Assembly (NCBI GenBank): GCA_963676915.2
Contig: CAXXVK010000068.1
Location: 32,001 to 96,000 of the forward strand
Source of the DNA: Myxococcota bacterium
GTDB taxonomy: Bacteria; Myxococcota_A; SURF-8; G963663525
Length of the DNA stretch: 64,000 nucleotides
Direction: 5' to 3'
Shown: positions 40,115-50,982 of the stretch, in pieces
How positions within the stretch are numbered: the stretch's first letter is position 1
Layout: every line of letters starts with the position of its first letter
Position numbers and translations under genes: made by a program
Notes under the pieces: model-generated
What the model was told of the DNA's origin: nothing
The model's input: only the letters and a program-made list of their open reading frames with translations
The model's database searches: none

Positions 40115-41520
40115 TTATCCGTGAATCTGCCGTTTTTCCACCGCCATCGCAGCTTCTTTTAAAGCTTCCGACAGCGTAGGGTGTGCGTGCGAGGTGCGGG
40201 CGATGTCCTCGGAACTGGCGGAGAACTCCATTCCCAACGTGGCTTCGGCGATCAATTCGGAGGCGTGGGGGCCGACGATGTGTACGCCCAATACGCGGTC
40301 CGTTTCGGCGTCGGCTACGACTTTTACCAGCCCGCCGTCGTCGCCCATCGTTTTGGCTCGACCGTTGCCTTTGAAGTAGAATTTGCCGACTTTGACCGTA
40401 TGTCCGTTTTCCTTGGCTTGGGTTTCCGTCCAGCCGACCTGAGCCAGTTCGGGGGATGTGTAAATCACGTTCGGAATGGCGTCGTAGTTGATATGACTCG
40501 GTTTTCCGGCGATGGCTTCCGCTACGGCGATGCCTTCTTCCTCGGCTTTATGCGCCAGCATCGGTCCGCGTACGATATCGCCGATGGCATAGATTCCTTC
40601 GACGGACGTTTGCAACTTTTCATCCACCGCGATTCGTCGTTTTTATCGGGTTCCAATCCGGCGTTTTTCAGTCCCAGACCTTCGAAATACGGACGCCGTC
40701 CTACGGCGACCAGCACTTTTTCACAGGCTAACGTTTCGGTTTCACCTTTATCGTTTTTCAGGGTCAACTGGACTGCTTCACTCTCATTTTCAGGGAGTTT
40801 CGCATCCGTTACTTTGGTTTTCAGTTTGAAATCCAGCCCTTGCGATTTCAGACCGCGAAGCAGGGCTTGGGAAAGCTGTTTGTCGGCAAAGGGAGCGATG
40901 CGGTCGAAGATCTCGATCACCGTAACCTCGCTGCCCAGTCTGGACCAGACGCTACCCAACTCCAACCCTACGGCTCCGGCGCCGATCACCGCCAGCGTTT
41001 TCGGTGGAGCATCGAAAGACAACGCCTCGGTGCTGGAAACAATGGATTTTCCGTTAAAAGGCATAAATGGGAGTTCCACGGGTGCGCTTCCGGTGGCCAA
41101 CACGATCGATTCGGCTTCTAGCGTGGCGTCGCCGTCTTCGGTGACGACCTGCACGGTGCGGGTGTCTTTAAGGCTTGCTTTGCCTTGGAAGACCTTGATT
41201 TTATTCTTTTTCATCAGCATGCCGATGCCGCCGGTCAACTCCGAAACGATACCGCTTTTGCGTTGCATCGTTTTTTGCAGGTCGAGTCCAACGTTATCGA
41301 CGGTTACGCCATGCTCGGCGAATTCGTGGGTGGCAGCCCGGTAGGCGTGACTGGATTCGAGCAGCGCTTTGGTGGGAATGCAGCCGACGTTCAGGCAGGT
41401 GCCGCCGAGTGCGGGATCTTTTTCCACGAGCGCCACCGTTTTTCCAAGCTGTGCCGAGCGAATCGCCGCGACGTATCCTCCCGGACCTCCTCCGATGACT
41501 ACGACCTCGTACTGTTCCAT
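40115..41520 (-). CDS. lpdA: Dihydrolipoyl dehydrogenase (single-base frameshift near 40638)
   Basis: [31 protein letters not shown]. Two track ORFs join if one G is restored ([15 protein letters not shown]). Confidence 0.95.
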
Positions 41521-41522
41521 CT

Positions 41523-42854
41523 TTATACCTCCAACAACATGCGTTCGGGATTGTCGATGCAGGACACGATCCGTTTCAGGAAGGTGACCGCTTCCGAACC
41601 GTCTACGATTCGGTGGTCGTAGCTTAACGCCAAATACATCATCGGTCGAGCCACAATTTCGTCATCCACCACCACTGGTCGCTTTTTGATGCCATGCATT
41701 CCCAAAATACCGCTTTGAGGAGGATTAAGGATGGGCGTGGACAGCAACGAGCCGTACACACCGCCATTGCTGATGGTGAAACATCCGCCCGCGAGGTCGT
41801 CGAGGGTGATGGTCCGCTTACGTACTTTTTCGGCCAAACGTCCGATTTCTTTTTCGATTTCGGCAAACGACAGTTGATCGGCGTCTCGTACGACGGGAAC
41901 GACCAGACCTTTTTCGGAACCGACGGCAATGCCGATGTCGTAAAAATGGTTTTGGACGATTTCATCGCCTTGAATCTGTGCGTTGAGCTTGGGCACCGTT
42001 TTCAACGCATCCACGGCGGCTTTCACGAAAAACGACATAAATCCCAGGCCGACTCCGTGCTTGCTTTTGAATTCCTCTTTGTGGCGATTGCGCCAGGCCA
42101 TGATCCGGCTCATATCCACTTCGTTGAACGTGGTCAGGATCGCGGCTTCGTGCTGGGCCATCACCAGACGTTCGGCGATGCGGTGACGCAACGGTGTCAT
42201 CGTCGTACGTGTTTGACGAGGGGAATCCTCACCGGAGGCGATGGGTTGAGGCGATGGCGGCGGGGGAGAAGGTGTTTTCGGCTTGGGCGGTGCGGATGGA
42301 AAGGGTGGAGTTGGTGCGATTTTTTCAGGTTGTGAAGAATCTTTCTGCATATGGCGCACGACATCCTCTTTGGTGAGACGACCGTCCTTGCCGCTTGCCG
42401 GAATAGTCGAAGCCTCCAGACCGTGTTCGTCGAGCATTCGCCGCACGGCGGGAGAAAGCGGTCCGGCTGCATCGGGAGCGCCAATGATTTTCGCTTTGGC
42501 CTGTTCTACACCCGCTTCTGCGGAAATCGGTGGCTCGGGCGTGTTTGCTTTCGGGGGCTCGGCAGAAACCTCCGGTTGAGCCGCTGATGTGTCCTCAGAC
42601 GGCGTAGCGGTGGCAGTTGCCTCGGTGTCGAGGGTTCCGACCACCTGTCCCACCTGGACCGTCGTTCCCGCTTCGACGAGTTGCTGGAGAACTCCCGACG
42701 TTAGCGCTGCCACCGACATTGTGACTTTATCCGTTTCCAGGTCGAACAGCGGCTCTTCTTCTTCGACGGATTCGCCGTTTTGTTTGAACCACTCCACGAG
42801 GATTCCCTCGGTAATGCTTTCACCGACCTCCGGAACTTTGATTTCTTCCTTCAT
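41523..42854 (-). CDS. sucB: 2-oxoglutarate dehydrogenase E2 succinyltransferase
   Basis: Lipoyl LETDKV, binding domain SPAVRR...GKDGRLTKED, catalytic DHRIVDG. Confidence 0.97.
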   Translation of the reverse strand: MKEEIKVPEVGESITEGILVEWFKQNGESVEEEEPLFDLETDKVTMSVAALTSGVLQQLVEAGTTVQVGQVVGTLDTEATATATPSEDTSAAQPEVSAEPPKANTPEPPISAEAGVEQAKAKIIGAPDAAGPLSPAVRRMLDEHGLEASTIPASGKDGRLTKEDVVRHMQKDSSQPEKIAPTPPFPSAPPKPKTPSPPPPSPQPIASGEDSPRQTRTTMTPLRHRIAERLVMAQHEAAILTTFNEVDMSRIMAWRNRHKEEFKSKHGVGLGFMSFFVKAAVDALKTVPKLNAQIQGDEIVQNHFYDIGIAVGSEKGLVVPVVRDADQLSFAEIEKEIGRLAEKVRKRTITLDDLAGGCFTISNGGVYGSLLSTPILNPPQSGILGMHGIKKRPVVVDDEIVARPMMYLALSYDHRIVDGSEAVTFLKRIVSCIDNPERMLLEV

Positions 42855-42893
42855 GCCTACGCTCCTGTTCGGATCGAAAATTCAAAAAATGGG

Positions 42894-45632
42894 TTATTTC
42901 GTTTGAAAAGCTTCACGAACGAGTCGTTCCTGTTCTTTTTGATGGATCTTCATGTATCCCGTGGCCGAACTGGCCGAGGGTCGCCGTCCCACGTATCGCG
43001 GATGCATGCCGGGGAAGATCTCTTCGAGAACGTGGTGCGTGTAAGGCCATGCGCCTCGGTTCTTCGGCTCTTCCTGAACCCAGGTGATTGACTCGATGTT
43101 TCCGTATCGTCCGACGATCTCCCGCATCAGCGTTTCATTGAAGGGATACAACTGTTCGAAACGGATAATCGCGGCGTCTTCGATGTCGTGAGCTTCACGG
43201 TACTCCAAAAGGTCATAATAGACTTTTCCACTGCAAAACAGCAGATTCCGAGCGGTCTCCGGGGCTTCGGCGTCGTCGAGGATTTCGTGAAAACGTCCCG
43301 AAACAAGGTCGTCCACCGGCGATACGCAACGTTTGTGTCTCAACAGACTTTTCGGTGTCATCAGCACGAGCGGCAACCGGAATGGGCGCTTGACCTGTCG
43401 CCGCAGCGCGTGAAAATACTGGGCCGGGGTCGTCAGGTTGCAGACCTGGACGTTGTTCTCGGCGGCACCCGCAAGGTAGCGTTCGAGGTAGGCGTTGGAA
43501 TGATCCGCGCCCTGTCCCTCGTACCCGTGAGGCAGGAGCATCACGAGACCGTTCGAACGTTCCCACTTGGCTTTCGAACCCATGACGAACTGATCGATGA
43601 TCACCTGCGCTCCGTTGGCGAAATCGCCGAACTGGGCTTCCCAGAGCACCAGCATGTCCGGTTCCGCCAGAGCGTAGCCGAAATCGAATCCCAGAACGGC
43701 TGCTTCACTGAGCAAGCTATTGTAAACGCAGAACGTTTCCTGGTTGGCGTCGATGTGATTGAGCGGTTTGTACGCCTGCTGTGTTTCCATGTCGCGCCAG
43801 ACGGAATGCCGCTGGGAGAACGTTCCTCGTGCGCTGTCCTGTCCACTGAGTCGCACGGGGATTTTTTCGAGCAGTAACGAACCGAAAGCCAGCGATTCGG
43901 CAAATGACCAGTCCACGGTTTTCATATCTTCTATCGCGTGGATTCGTGGGGGCAAAGCTCGTCCCACCTTGGGATTGATATGAAACCCCACCGGGATCGT
44001 CGTCAGCGCGTGGGTAATGGTTTTCAACCTGCCGTATGCAACGCCGGTTTCGACCGGATCGAAAGAAAACGGGCGGTCGAGGTTTTTCCAGATTCCCGTA
44101 TATGAAAACACTTCGGAGGTTTTGGCTTCTTTTTTGGCGGAAGCGTGTGCGTTTTGCAGTTTTTGTTGAAATTGTTTCTTGAGTTCCACCGCCTGGTCTT
44201 CACTAAGCTCGCCGTTGTCAACCAATCGTTGCTGATACAGTTTTCGAACCGAGGGATGCTTTTTGATGGTGCGATACATAATCGGTTGGGTGAACTGCGG
44301 TTCGTCGCCCTCATTGTGACCGTGGCGTCGGTAGCAGATCATGTCGAGCACCACATCCTGGTGGAACTCCTGCCGGAAGCGAAGAGCCAGTTCCGCCGCG
44401 TAAACCACTGCGCAGGGATTATCCCCGTTGACGTGGAAAATCGGGGCTTCGATCATCTTCGCCACGTCGGTGGCGTAGGTGGAGGAACGGGCGTCTTCGG
44501 GATCTGTCGTAAAACCGATCTGGTTGTTGACGATAATATGCACCGTCCCGCCGGTACGGTAGCCTTCGAGTTTGGACAGGTTGAGCGTCTCGGCGACGAG
44601 TCCCTGTCCTGCGAAACCGGCGTCTCCGTGGATCAGCAGGGGAACGATGCGGCGGCGCTCCTGTTTGTCTCCGGCCCTTCGTTGCTTGGCGCGTGCCCGA
44701 CCTTCGACCACGGGGTTGACCGCTTCGAGGTGGCTGGGATTCGAGGTCAGGCTGATATGCAGCGATTTGCCTTGTCGGTTGACGTGATCGCTGTTGTATC
44801 CGAGGTGGTATTTCACATCGCCGTTGCCATCGTCGGTATCTTCTGAGACAAAGCCCTCGAACTCACCGAAAATCATCGAATAGCTTTTGTCCAGAATATT
44901 GGCCAGCACGTTCAGTCGTCCACGATGAGCCATGCCCATCACGATTTCTTCAACCCCCAGCTCGGGAGCCATTTCAACGATCTCGTGAATGGCGGGAATC
45001 AACGATTCGGCTCCTTCGAGCGAGAAACGCTTGTGTCCGGGGTAGCGGTTCTGCAAAAAGTTTTCGAACACCTCGGCATCGATCAGCAATTCCATGATTT
45101 GCAGTTTGCGCGCCGTATCGAAGGATGGGCAGGAGCGCACCGGCTCGATTTGCTCCTGAAGCCAGCGGCGGATGTTCGGGTCTTGGATGTGCATGGTCTC
45201 AAAGCCGATCGGTCCGCAATACGTGGCGTTGAGCGAAGAAAGGATGTCCTGCAACGAGGCGCGGGGAAGGGCTAGAAAATCATTGGTGTCGAAGACCCGT
45301 TGAAGGTCGTTTTCGTCAAAGCCGAATGTTTTGGGCAGCAGTTCCGGGAGGGATTGCAGGTTGTGACCCAGGGGGTCGATCTGTGCCGCCAGATGTCCGT
45401 GACGTCGATAGGAGTCGATCAGACGAATGACGTTGGACTGAGCTTCGGCCTGTGTCGCCGCCACACAGGATCGGGGACACATCGCCATTTCGAATCCTTC
45501 GAAAAACAGATGCCAGGATTCGGGTAGCGAATCGGGCGAGTCCTTCCACTGTTGATACAAGGATTCGATGTAATCCGCGCTGGCCAGCGTGGAAAGGTGT
45601 TTGCCGTCCATGGGAGTGGGAGTGCGTGGCAC
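42894..45632 (-). CDS. sucA: 2-oxoglutarate dehydrogenase E1
   Basis: KRFSLEG, GMAHRGRLN, HGDAGFAGQG, WEAQFGDFANGAQ. GTG start after AGGAGG. Confidence 0.97.
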   Translation of the reverse strand: MPRTPTPMDGKHLSTLASADYIESLYQQWKDSPDSLPESWHLFFEGFEMAMCPRSCVAATQAEAQSNVIRLIDSYRRHGHLAAQIDPLGHNLQSLPELLPKTFGFDENDLQRVFDTNDFLALPRASLQDILSSLNATYCGPIGFETMHIQDPNIRRWLQEQIEPVRSCPSFDTARKLQIMELLIDAEVFENFLQNRYPGHKRFSLEGAESLIPAIHEIVEMAPELGVEEIVMGMAHRGRLNVLANILDKSYSMIFGEFEGFVSEDTDDGNGDVKYHLGYNSDHVNRQGKSLHISLTSNPSHLEAVNPVVEGRARAKQRRAGDKQERRRIVPLLIHGDAGFAGQGLVAETLNLSKLEGYRTGGTVHIIVNNQIGFTTDPEDARSSTYATDVAKMIEAPIFHVNGDNPCAVVYAAELALRFRQEFHQDVVLDMICYRRHGHNEGDEPQFTQPIMYRTIKKHPSVRKLYQQRLVDNGELSEDQAVELKKQFQQKLQNAHASAKKEAKTSEVFSYTGIWKNLDRPFSFDPVETGVAYGRLKTITHALTTIPVGFHINPKVGRALPPRIHAIEDMKTVDWSFAESLAFGSLLLEKIPVRLSGQDSARGTFSQRHSVWRDMETQQAYKPLNHIDANQETFCVYNSLLSEAAVLGFDFGYALAEPDMLVLWEAQFGDFANGAQVIIDQFVMGSKAKWERSNGLVMLLPHGYEGQGADHSNAYLERYLAGAAENNVQVCNLTTPAQYFHALRRQVKRPFRLPLVLMTPKSLLRHKRCVSPVDDLVSGRFHEILDDAEAPETARNLLFCSGKVYYDLLEYREAHDIEDAAIIRFEQLYPFNETLMREIVGRYGNIESITWVQEEPKNRGAWPYTHHVLEEIFPGMHPRYVGRRPSASSATGYMKIHQKEQERLVREAFQTK

Positions 45633-45885
45633 GGGAAACCTCCTGGTTCGAACGTCAACGACACGAAACCGATACGACAACCCCCAAATGAGGGCATATC
45701 GCAAATCGTAAAGATTTTAAATAGTAAACACGATTCCTAAGTATACAACGAAAAAATCGACATGGGGGAGATTTTTCAAAAAGAACCCTATCCATTGAAA
45801 AAATAAGGAACACTTTTCCGGACTTGCGGGGTTGGTTGACTGAACGGAGCGATTTCAATGGGTTGTTGATTGAGAGTAAAAAAGC

Positions 45886-45937
45886 TTGACAGAGGAGTGA
45901 AAAGAAGTAGGATTCAGAATCTGAATACAGATTCAGA
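45886..45937 (+). promoter_or_regulatory. Sigma70-type promoter of the TetR-RND operon with overlapping palindromic operator
   Basis: TTGACA(45886)-N16-TAGGAT(45908). Palindromes ATTCAG-aat-CTGAAT and TCTGAAT-acag-ATTCAGA at 45912-45937. Confidence 0.6.
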
Positions 45938-46014
45938 AGGCAAGTACGGCTTTCTGGGATTATTACAACGAAGGAAATAAACATCAAAGACGTGCAAAAG
46001 GAAGAGAGTTTAGG

Positions 46015-46648
46015 ATGGTGAACGTTCAAATGAGCCGCAAGGAACGGGAAGATTGGGAACGTAAAAAATACATCATGGAAACGGCAGAGCATCTTTTCGC
46101 CCAAAACGGCTTCGCGCAGACTTCCGTTGCGGACATCGCCAAGGCGGCGGAATTCGGCGTGGGAACGCTTTACAAATATTTTAACGATAAAGAAACACTA
46201 TTTCACTCTCTTATCGAGTATCGCATGGATAGATTTTTCGATAAGGCGGTGAAGGTCATGGAGTCCGACAAAGAACCCGTCGTCGTGTTGAAGCGTTATT
46301 TCAAGCTCTATCTGGATTTCATCGAGGAGCATTTCGATTTCCACAAACTCTATTTCGGCGTGGTTATGGCGGATGCCATTCAAGGAGACTGCTGGGAAAA
46401 CAAATATCAGAACATCAATCACAAAAAAATGCAGTTTCTCGATAGCTATCTGAAGCTTTTTCAGGCGGCGATCCGGAAAAAGCAGATTGTCGAAATGGAC
46501 CCCCAATTATCTGCTGTTTTCCATGACCGGTATGTGTGTCACGTTTTTTCACATGCTGGTGGCTCCGATTTTTCAGGAAAACGATGTTGAGGAAATGAAA
46601 CGCAACGTAATGAAAATCTACTTCGAAAAGGTTCTTATAGAATCTTAG
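46015..46648 (+). CDS. TetR/AcrR family transcriptional regulator (single-base frameshift near 46500)
   Basis: HTH TSVADIAKAAEFGVGTLYKYF.DKETL. Removing one C from the CCCCC run gives DPNYLLFSMTG...EKVLIES* ending at 46648, 18 bp before the next gene. Confidence 0.9.
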
Positions 46649-46666
46649 AAGGTTGAGGGATATCTA

Positions 46667-47728
46667 ATGAATACGAAAAGTTTAGCTGTTTTGGTTTTAT
46701 GGCTTGGGTTTGGCTGTTTCGGTCTGGCCTGCTCCGATGGCTCTCCCGTCAACGAGGCCAAGGCTTCGGAATCCAAGGAAGAGAAATTCGTGCCGATCAA
46801 CGTGCTGGTTCAACCCGTGGCGTTGTCGAATCTGACCGAATCCATCACGCTCAGCGGGGAAACCGATGCGGACAAAAACGTGCTGTTTTCGGCAGAAAAC
46901 CCCGGAAGGTTGGAGTATCTGTCCATCGATCTCGGGGACCGGGTGAAAAAGGGACAGATTCTGGCACGCGTGGATTCGGCGTCGTTGAAAGCGGCACTCG
47001 ATCAAGCCCGAGCCAGCCACGACCTCGCTCAGAAAACGCACAAGCGTCTGACAGCCTTGCGTGAAGAGCAGTTGGCTAGCGATCAACAGTTGGATGAGGC
47101 GTTCGCCGCGATGCTGCAAAGCAAGGCTACGTTGGATATTGCGGAAATCAATTACAATAAAAGTGTGATCCGTTCCAGTGTCGATGGCTTCGTGGCGCGT
47201 AAAAACGTGGAGGTCGGCGAGTACCTCAATCCCGGTCAGGTCATCGTGCAAGTAGTTGATTTTTCGCAAGTTGTCGTCAAAGCGCAATTGCCGGAGATGA
47301 AGGTTTCCGCCGTCAAACGGGGCGATCCCGTCAAGGTATTCATTCCCGCTCTGAACGAAGAGGTAGAGGGCAAGGTCAAGGTTGTCGTCCCTGCCGCTCA
47401 TCCGACGAGCAAAACCTACGAGGTGCGGGTGAATATCGACAATCCCGAGTTTCGCATTCTCGTTGGTATGTCGGTGTCGATGAAGATCGAGGTCGGTCAT
47501 TACGAAGATGTGGTGGTAACACCACAGGACGTAATCGTCGAGGAATCGCAGAACCGTGTGGTTTTCGTAGAAAACGAAGGGAAAGCGGTGCGTAAAACCG
47601 TCGAACTCGGACCGGTCGAAGGCGCGAACGTTCTGGTGCGTTCCGGGTTGGATGTCGGGGACCGTCTGATTGTTGCCGGACATCGTGAACTCGTGGATGG
47701 CCAGCCGGTGAAAGTAATCGTTAATTAG
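46667..47728 (+). CDS. RND efflux periplasmic adaptor (MFP), lipoprotein
   Basis: Lipobox GLAC, GDRVKKGQ.LA, IRSSVDG, GLDVGDRLIVAG. Confidence 0.93.
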   Translation: MNTKSLAVLVLWLGFGCFGLACSDGSPVNEAKASESKEEKFVPINVLVQPVALSNLTESITLSGETDADKNVLFSAENPGRLEYLSIDLGDRVKKGQILARVDSASLKAALDQARASHDLAQKTHKRLTALREEQLASDQQLDEAFAAMLQSKATLDIAEINYNKSVIRSSVDGFVARKNVEVGEYLNPGQVIVQVVDFSQVVVKAQLPEMKVSAVKRGDPVKVFIPALNEEVEGKVKVVVPAAHPTSKTYEVRVNIDNPEFRILVGMSVSMKIEVGHYEDVVVTPQDVIVEESQNRVVFVENEGKAVRKTVELGPVEGANVLVRSGLDVGDRLIVAGHRELVDGQPVKVIVN

Positions 47729-47817
47729 CCGTTTTCAGTCCGACAGACTGCTAACCGTTTTTTTTTAATTTCTGCCTAATTTTTTTCTGCCCGATCTACG
47801 GGCCGTAGGAAAAGTTC

Positions 47818-50800
47818 ATGAAAATTACCGAAACCGCACTGCGCTTCAAGACCACGGTGTATGTGCTGATTCTGTCGATCTTCATCGTTGGTATCAATTC
47901 CTATACATCGCTGCCGCTGGAGTCCTCTCCGGACGTGGAAATTCCGATCATCATCGTGTCCGTCGTGTATCCCGGAGTATCGCCGGAAGATATCGAAAAA
48001 CTGGTGACGAACCCGATGGAACGGAAACTGAAGGAGTTGAAAAACGTCAAGGAAATGACCTCGACGAGTTCCGAAAGCGTGTCCATTGTTCAGATCGAAT
48101 TCGAAACCGATATGGATATGGACGAAGCCTATCAGAAGGTTCGTGACAAGGTGGACCAGGCCAAGCCCGATATCCCTGACGACGTGGAAGACCCGGTGCT
48201 TACGGAGATCAACATTTCGGAATTTCCGATCATGCTGATCAACTTGTCCGGCGATTACGGCTTGGAGAAACTGAAGAAAGTCGGTGAAGACCTGGTAGAC
48301 GCCATTGAACAGATTCCCGGAGTGCTCAACGTCGATCTCGTCGGTGGATTGGAGCGGGAAATCCAGGTGCAATTGGACCCCGTAAAGCTGGAATACTACA
48401 AGATCGGTGTGGGTCTGGTTATCAGCCGCATTCAAGAGGAGCATTTGACGACACCCGGCGGGAACATCGAGCTGGGTGGTTCGAAATACCTCGTGCGAAT
48501 TCCCGGCGAATACCGCGACGTTTCGCAGATGAACGATATCGTGCTGAAAGCCATTGACGAACGACCGATCAAGATTTCCGATGTCGGTCGGGTCGTGGAC
48601 GGCTACAAGGACCGGGAAAACCTGTCCCGTGTCAATGGCAGAGAGTGCGTGACGTTGCGTATCGAGAAACGTAGCGGAGAAAACATCATCGAAGTCGCCG
48701 ACGCGGTACGCGAGATGATGAAAGATTTCGAAACGACATTTCCTACGGGTACGGAATGGATGATTCGTCAGGATCAGTCCAAGCACGTTCGGGATATGGT
48801 GAAGGATCTGGAAAACAGCATCATTTCCGGGCTGATTCTGGTACTCGCGGTGCTGTTTTTCTCGATGGGACTGCGTAACTCGTTTTTCGTCGCCATCGCG
48901 ATTCCGATGTCCATGCTGATTACGTTCATTGTTCTACGCGCCATGGGGATCACGTTGAACATGGTGGTGCTGTTTTCCCTGATTCTCGCTCTGGGAATGC
49001 TGGTAGACAACTCTATCGTGGTCGTCGAAAACATCTTTCGGCATGCCTCCGAAGGTATGCCCCGTGGGAAAGCGGCCCTGACGGCGACGAAAGAGGTTGC
49101 GTGGCCCATTATTTCCTCGTCGGCCACGACCATCGCCTGTTTCGCGCCGATGATTTTCTGGCCGGGAATCATGGGCGATTTCATGAGTTTTCTACCGAAA
49201 ACCGTCATTATCGCCCTGATCGCTTCCCTGTTTGTGGCGTTGGTGATCAATCCCGTGATTGCGGCGAATTTTCTGAGCAAGCGTTCGCAAAAACTGTTCG
49301 ACGATTCCGGCGAGGCGACTTCCGGTGTTTTGGGACGCTATCAAAAAGCGCTCAACTGGAGCTTGAATTACCCCAAAACCGTTTTGATGATGGGTGTTTC
49401 GTTGTTGATCGGTGTATTCATTTTGTACGGACGCTTCGGGGCCGGTGTTGAGTTTTTCCCCTCAACCACACCGGAACGGGGACAGGTGAAAATCAAAGCT
49501 CCGCAGGGTACGGCGCTGGAAAAAACCGATGCCATGATGAAAGCCGTGGAAAAACACGTGCTTAATGAGGATAACCTTGAGGATATCATCGCGAACGTCG
49601 GTTTCGAGGGCGGTATGGTGATGCTCGACACCGGTGGCGGCAATACGCATCTGGCGGTTGCGGATCTGGAATTCAAGGATCGTCACGAGCGTACACATAC
49701 CACCTGGGAAACCGTCGAGAGCATCCGCGAGGATCTCAAACGCTTCGCCGGAGCGGAATTCAGCTTCAAACTGGAGGAAATGGGACCGCCTACGGGTAAT
49801 CCGGTGGAAGTGCAGATTTCCGGTCCCGATTACGAGGTCAGCAACCGCTATGCTCGTCTCGCCAAAGAAATTCTGGGTGGCGTCGAAGGGGTTGTGGATA
49901 TCAAAGATGACTACGACGCCGGTAAGCCGGAAATCAAAATCGATATCGACCGGGAAAAAGCCAAAATCCGAAAACTGAGCACTTCGACGATTTCCCACGC
50001 CGTACGCACGGCTATCAACGGTACTGTCGCCAGCGTGCTTCGGGAAGGTGAGGATGAATACGATATCATCGTCCGGTACGAGTCCCAGGAGCGCGATTCC
50101 ATGGAGGATCTGCTCAATATCGTAGTGACCGGCAAGGATGATCTTCAGGTGCCATTACGCGACGTAGCGAGCGTGCGCACGTCCGGCGGTCTCGGAAGTA
50201 TCAAGCATATCGATCAAAAACGTACCATTCTCGTCAGTGCCGACGTGATGGGGCGTTCGTCTTCGGAAGTACTGATCGAGGTGAAGAAACTGTTTGAAGA
50301 AAAACTGAAACTTCCGGCGGGCTACACCTTCCATTTCGGTGGCGAAAGCGAAGAGCAGGACAAAGCCGCCGCCTTCCTCTCCGAAGCCTTCACCATTGGT
50401 ATCATGCTGATGGCGCTGATTCTCATTACCCAGTTCAACTCGGTGCTGCGACCGTTCATCATTCTGTTTTCCGTGGTGATGTCGCTGATCGGCGTGTTTC
50501 TCGGGTTGTTGATAACACAGAATAAATTCGGGATCATGATGACCGGAATGGGGGTGATTTCCCTTGCGGGAGTGGTGGTGAACAATGCCATTGTGCTGAT
50601 CGACTACACCAACCAATTGCGTGAAAAGCACGGATTTTCCTTGCGTGATTCCTTGTTGCGTGCGGGAATGGTGCGGTTTAGACCGGTCATGCTCACGGCG
50701 CTGACCACTGCATTGGGAATGTTGCCCATGGCGATAGGCGTCAGTATCGATTTCACAACGTTATCGGTGGATACCGGATCGTCGAGCGCCGAATGGTGGG

Positions 50801-50982
50801 GACCGATGGCCCAGGCCGTGATTTTCGGTCTGATTTTCGCCACCTTTTTGACATTGCTGCTGATTCCGGTCATGTATCAGTTGCAGGAGCAAATGACCGG
50901 ATGGTTTTCCAGACTTTCCCGGCGATTGAGGGGACGATCGGGAACCATCGCCGAAGCTTCCGGCGAAGCGAGCGAATCATGA
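47818..50982 (+). CDS. RND efflux permease (AcrB/AcrD/AcrF family)
   Basis: 1054 aa, YPGVSPEDIE, GMLVDNSIVVVEN, GVVVNNAIVLID, RFRPVMLT. Confidence 0.95.
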   Translation: MKITETALRFKTTVYVLILSIFIVGINSYTSLPLESSPDVEIPIIIVSVVYPGVSPEDIEKLVTNPMERKLKELKNVKEMTSTSSESVSIVQIEFETDMDMDEAYQKVRDKVDQAKPDIPDDVEDPVLTEINISEFPIMLINLSGDYGLEKLKKVGEDLVDAIEQIPGVLNVDLVGGLEREIQVQLDPVKLEYYKIGVGLVISRIQEEHLTTPGGNIELGGSKYLVRIPGEYRDVSQMNDIVLKAIDERPIKISDVGRVVDGYKDRENLSRVNGRECVTLRIEKRSGENIIEVADAVREMMKDFETTFPTGTEWMIRQDQSKHVRDMVKDLENSIISGLILVLAVLFFSMGLRNSFFVAIAIPMSMLITFIVLRAMGITLNMVVLFSLILALGMLVDNSIVVVENIFRHASEGMPRGKAALTATKEVAWPIISSSATTIACFAPMIFWPGIMGDFMSFLPKTVIIALIASLFVALVINPVIAANFLSKRSQKLFDDSGEATSGVLGRYQKALNWSLNYPKTVLMMGVSLLIGVFILYGRFGAGVEFFPSTTPERGQVKIKAPQGTALEKTDAMMKAVEKHVLNEDNLEDIIANVGFEGGMVMLDTGGGNTHLAVADLEFKDRHERTHTTWETVESIREDLKRFAGAEFSFKLEEMGPPTGNPVEVQISGPDYEVSNRYARLAKEILGGVEGVVDIKDDYDAGKPEIKIDIDREKAKIRKLSTSTISHAVRTAINGTVASVLREGEDEYDIIVRYESQERDSMEDLLNIVVTGKDDLQVPLRDVASVRTSGGLGSIKHIDQKRTILVSADVMGRSSSEVLIEVKKLFEEKLKLPAGYTFHFGGESEEQDKAAAFLSEAFTIGIMLMALILITQFNSVLRPFIILFSVVMSLIGVFLGLLITQNKFGIMMTGMGVISLAGVVVNNAIVLIDYTNQLREKHGFSLRDSLLRAGMVRFRPVMLTALTTALGMLPMAIGVSIDFTTLSVDTGSSSAEWWGPMAQAVIFGLIFATFLTLLLIPVMYQLQEQMTGWFSRLSRRLRGRSGTIAEASGEASES

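Noticed and set aside
40615-40650. Programmed ribosomal frameshift in lpdA
   Set aside because: No clear slippery heptamer with a stimulatory structure, and several similar indels elsewhere favour sequencing error.
40181-41344. 387-aa + strand ORF
   Set aside because: Antisense to lpdA.
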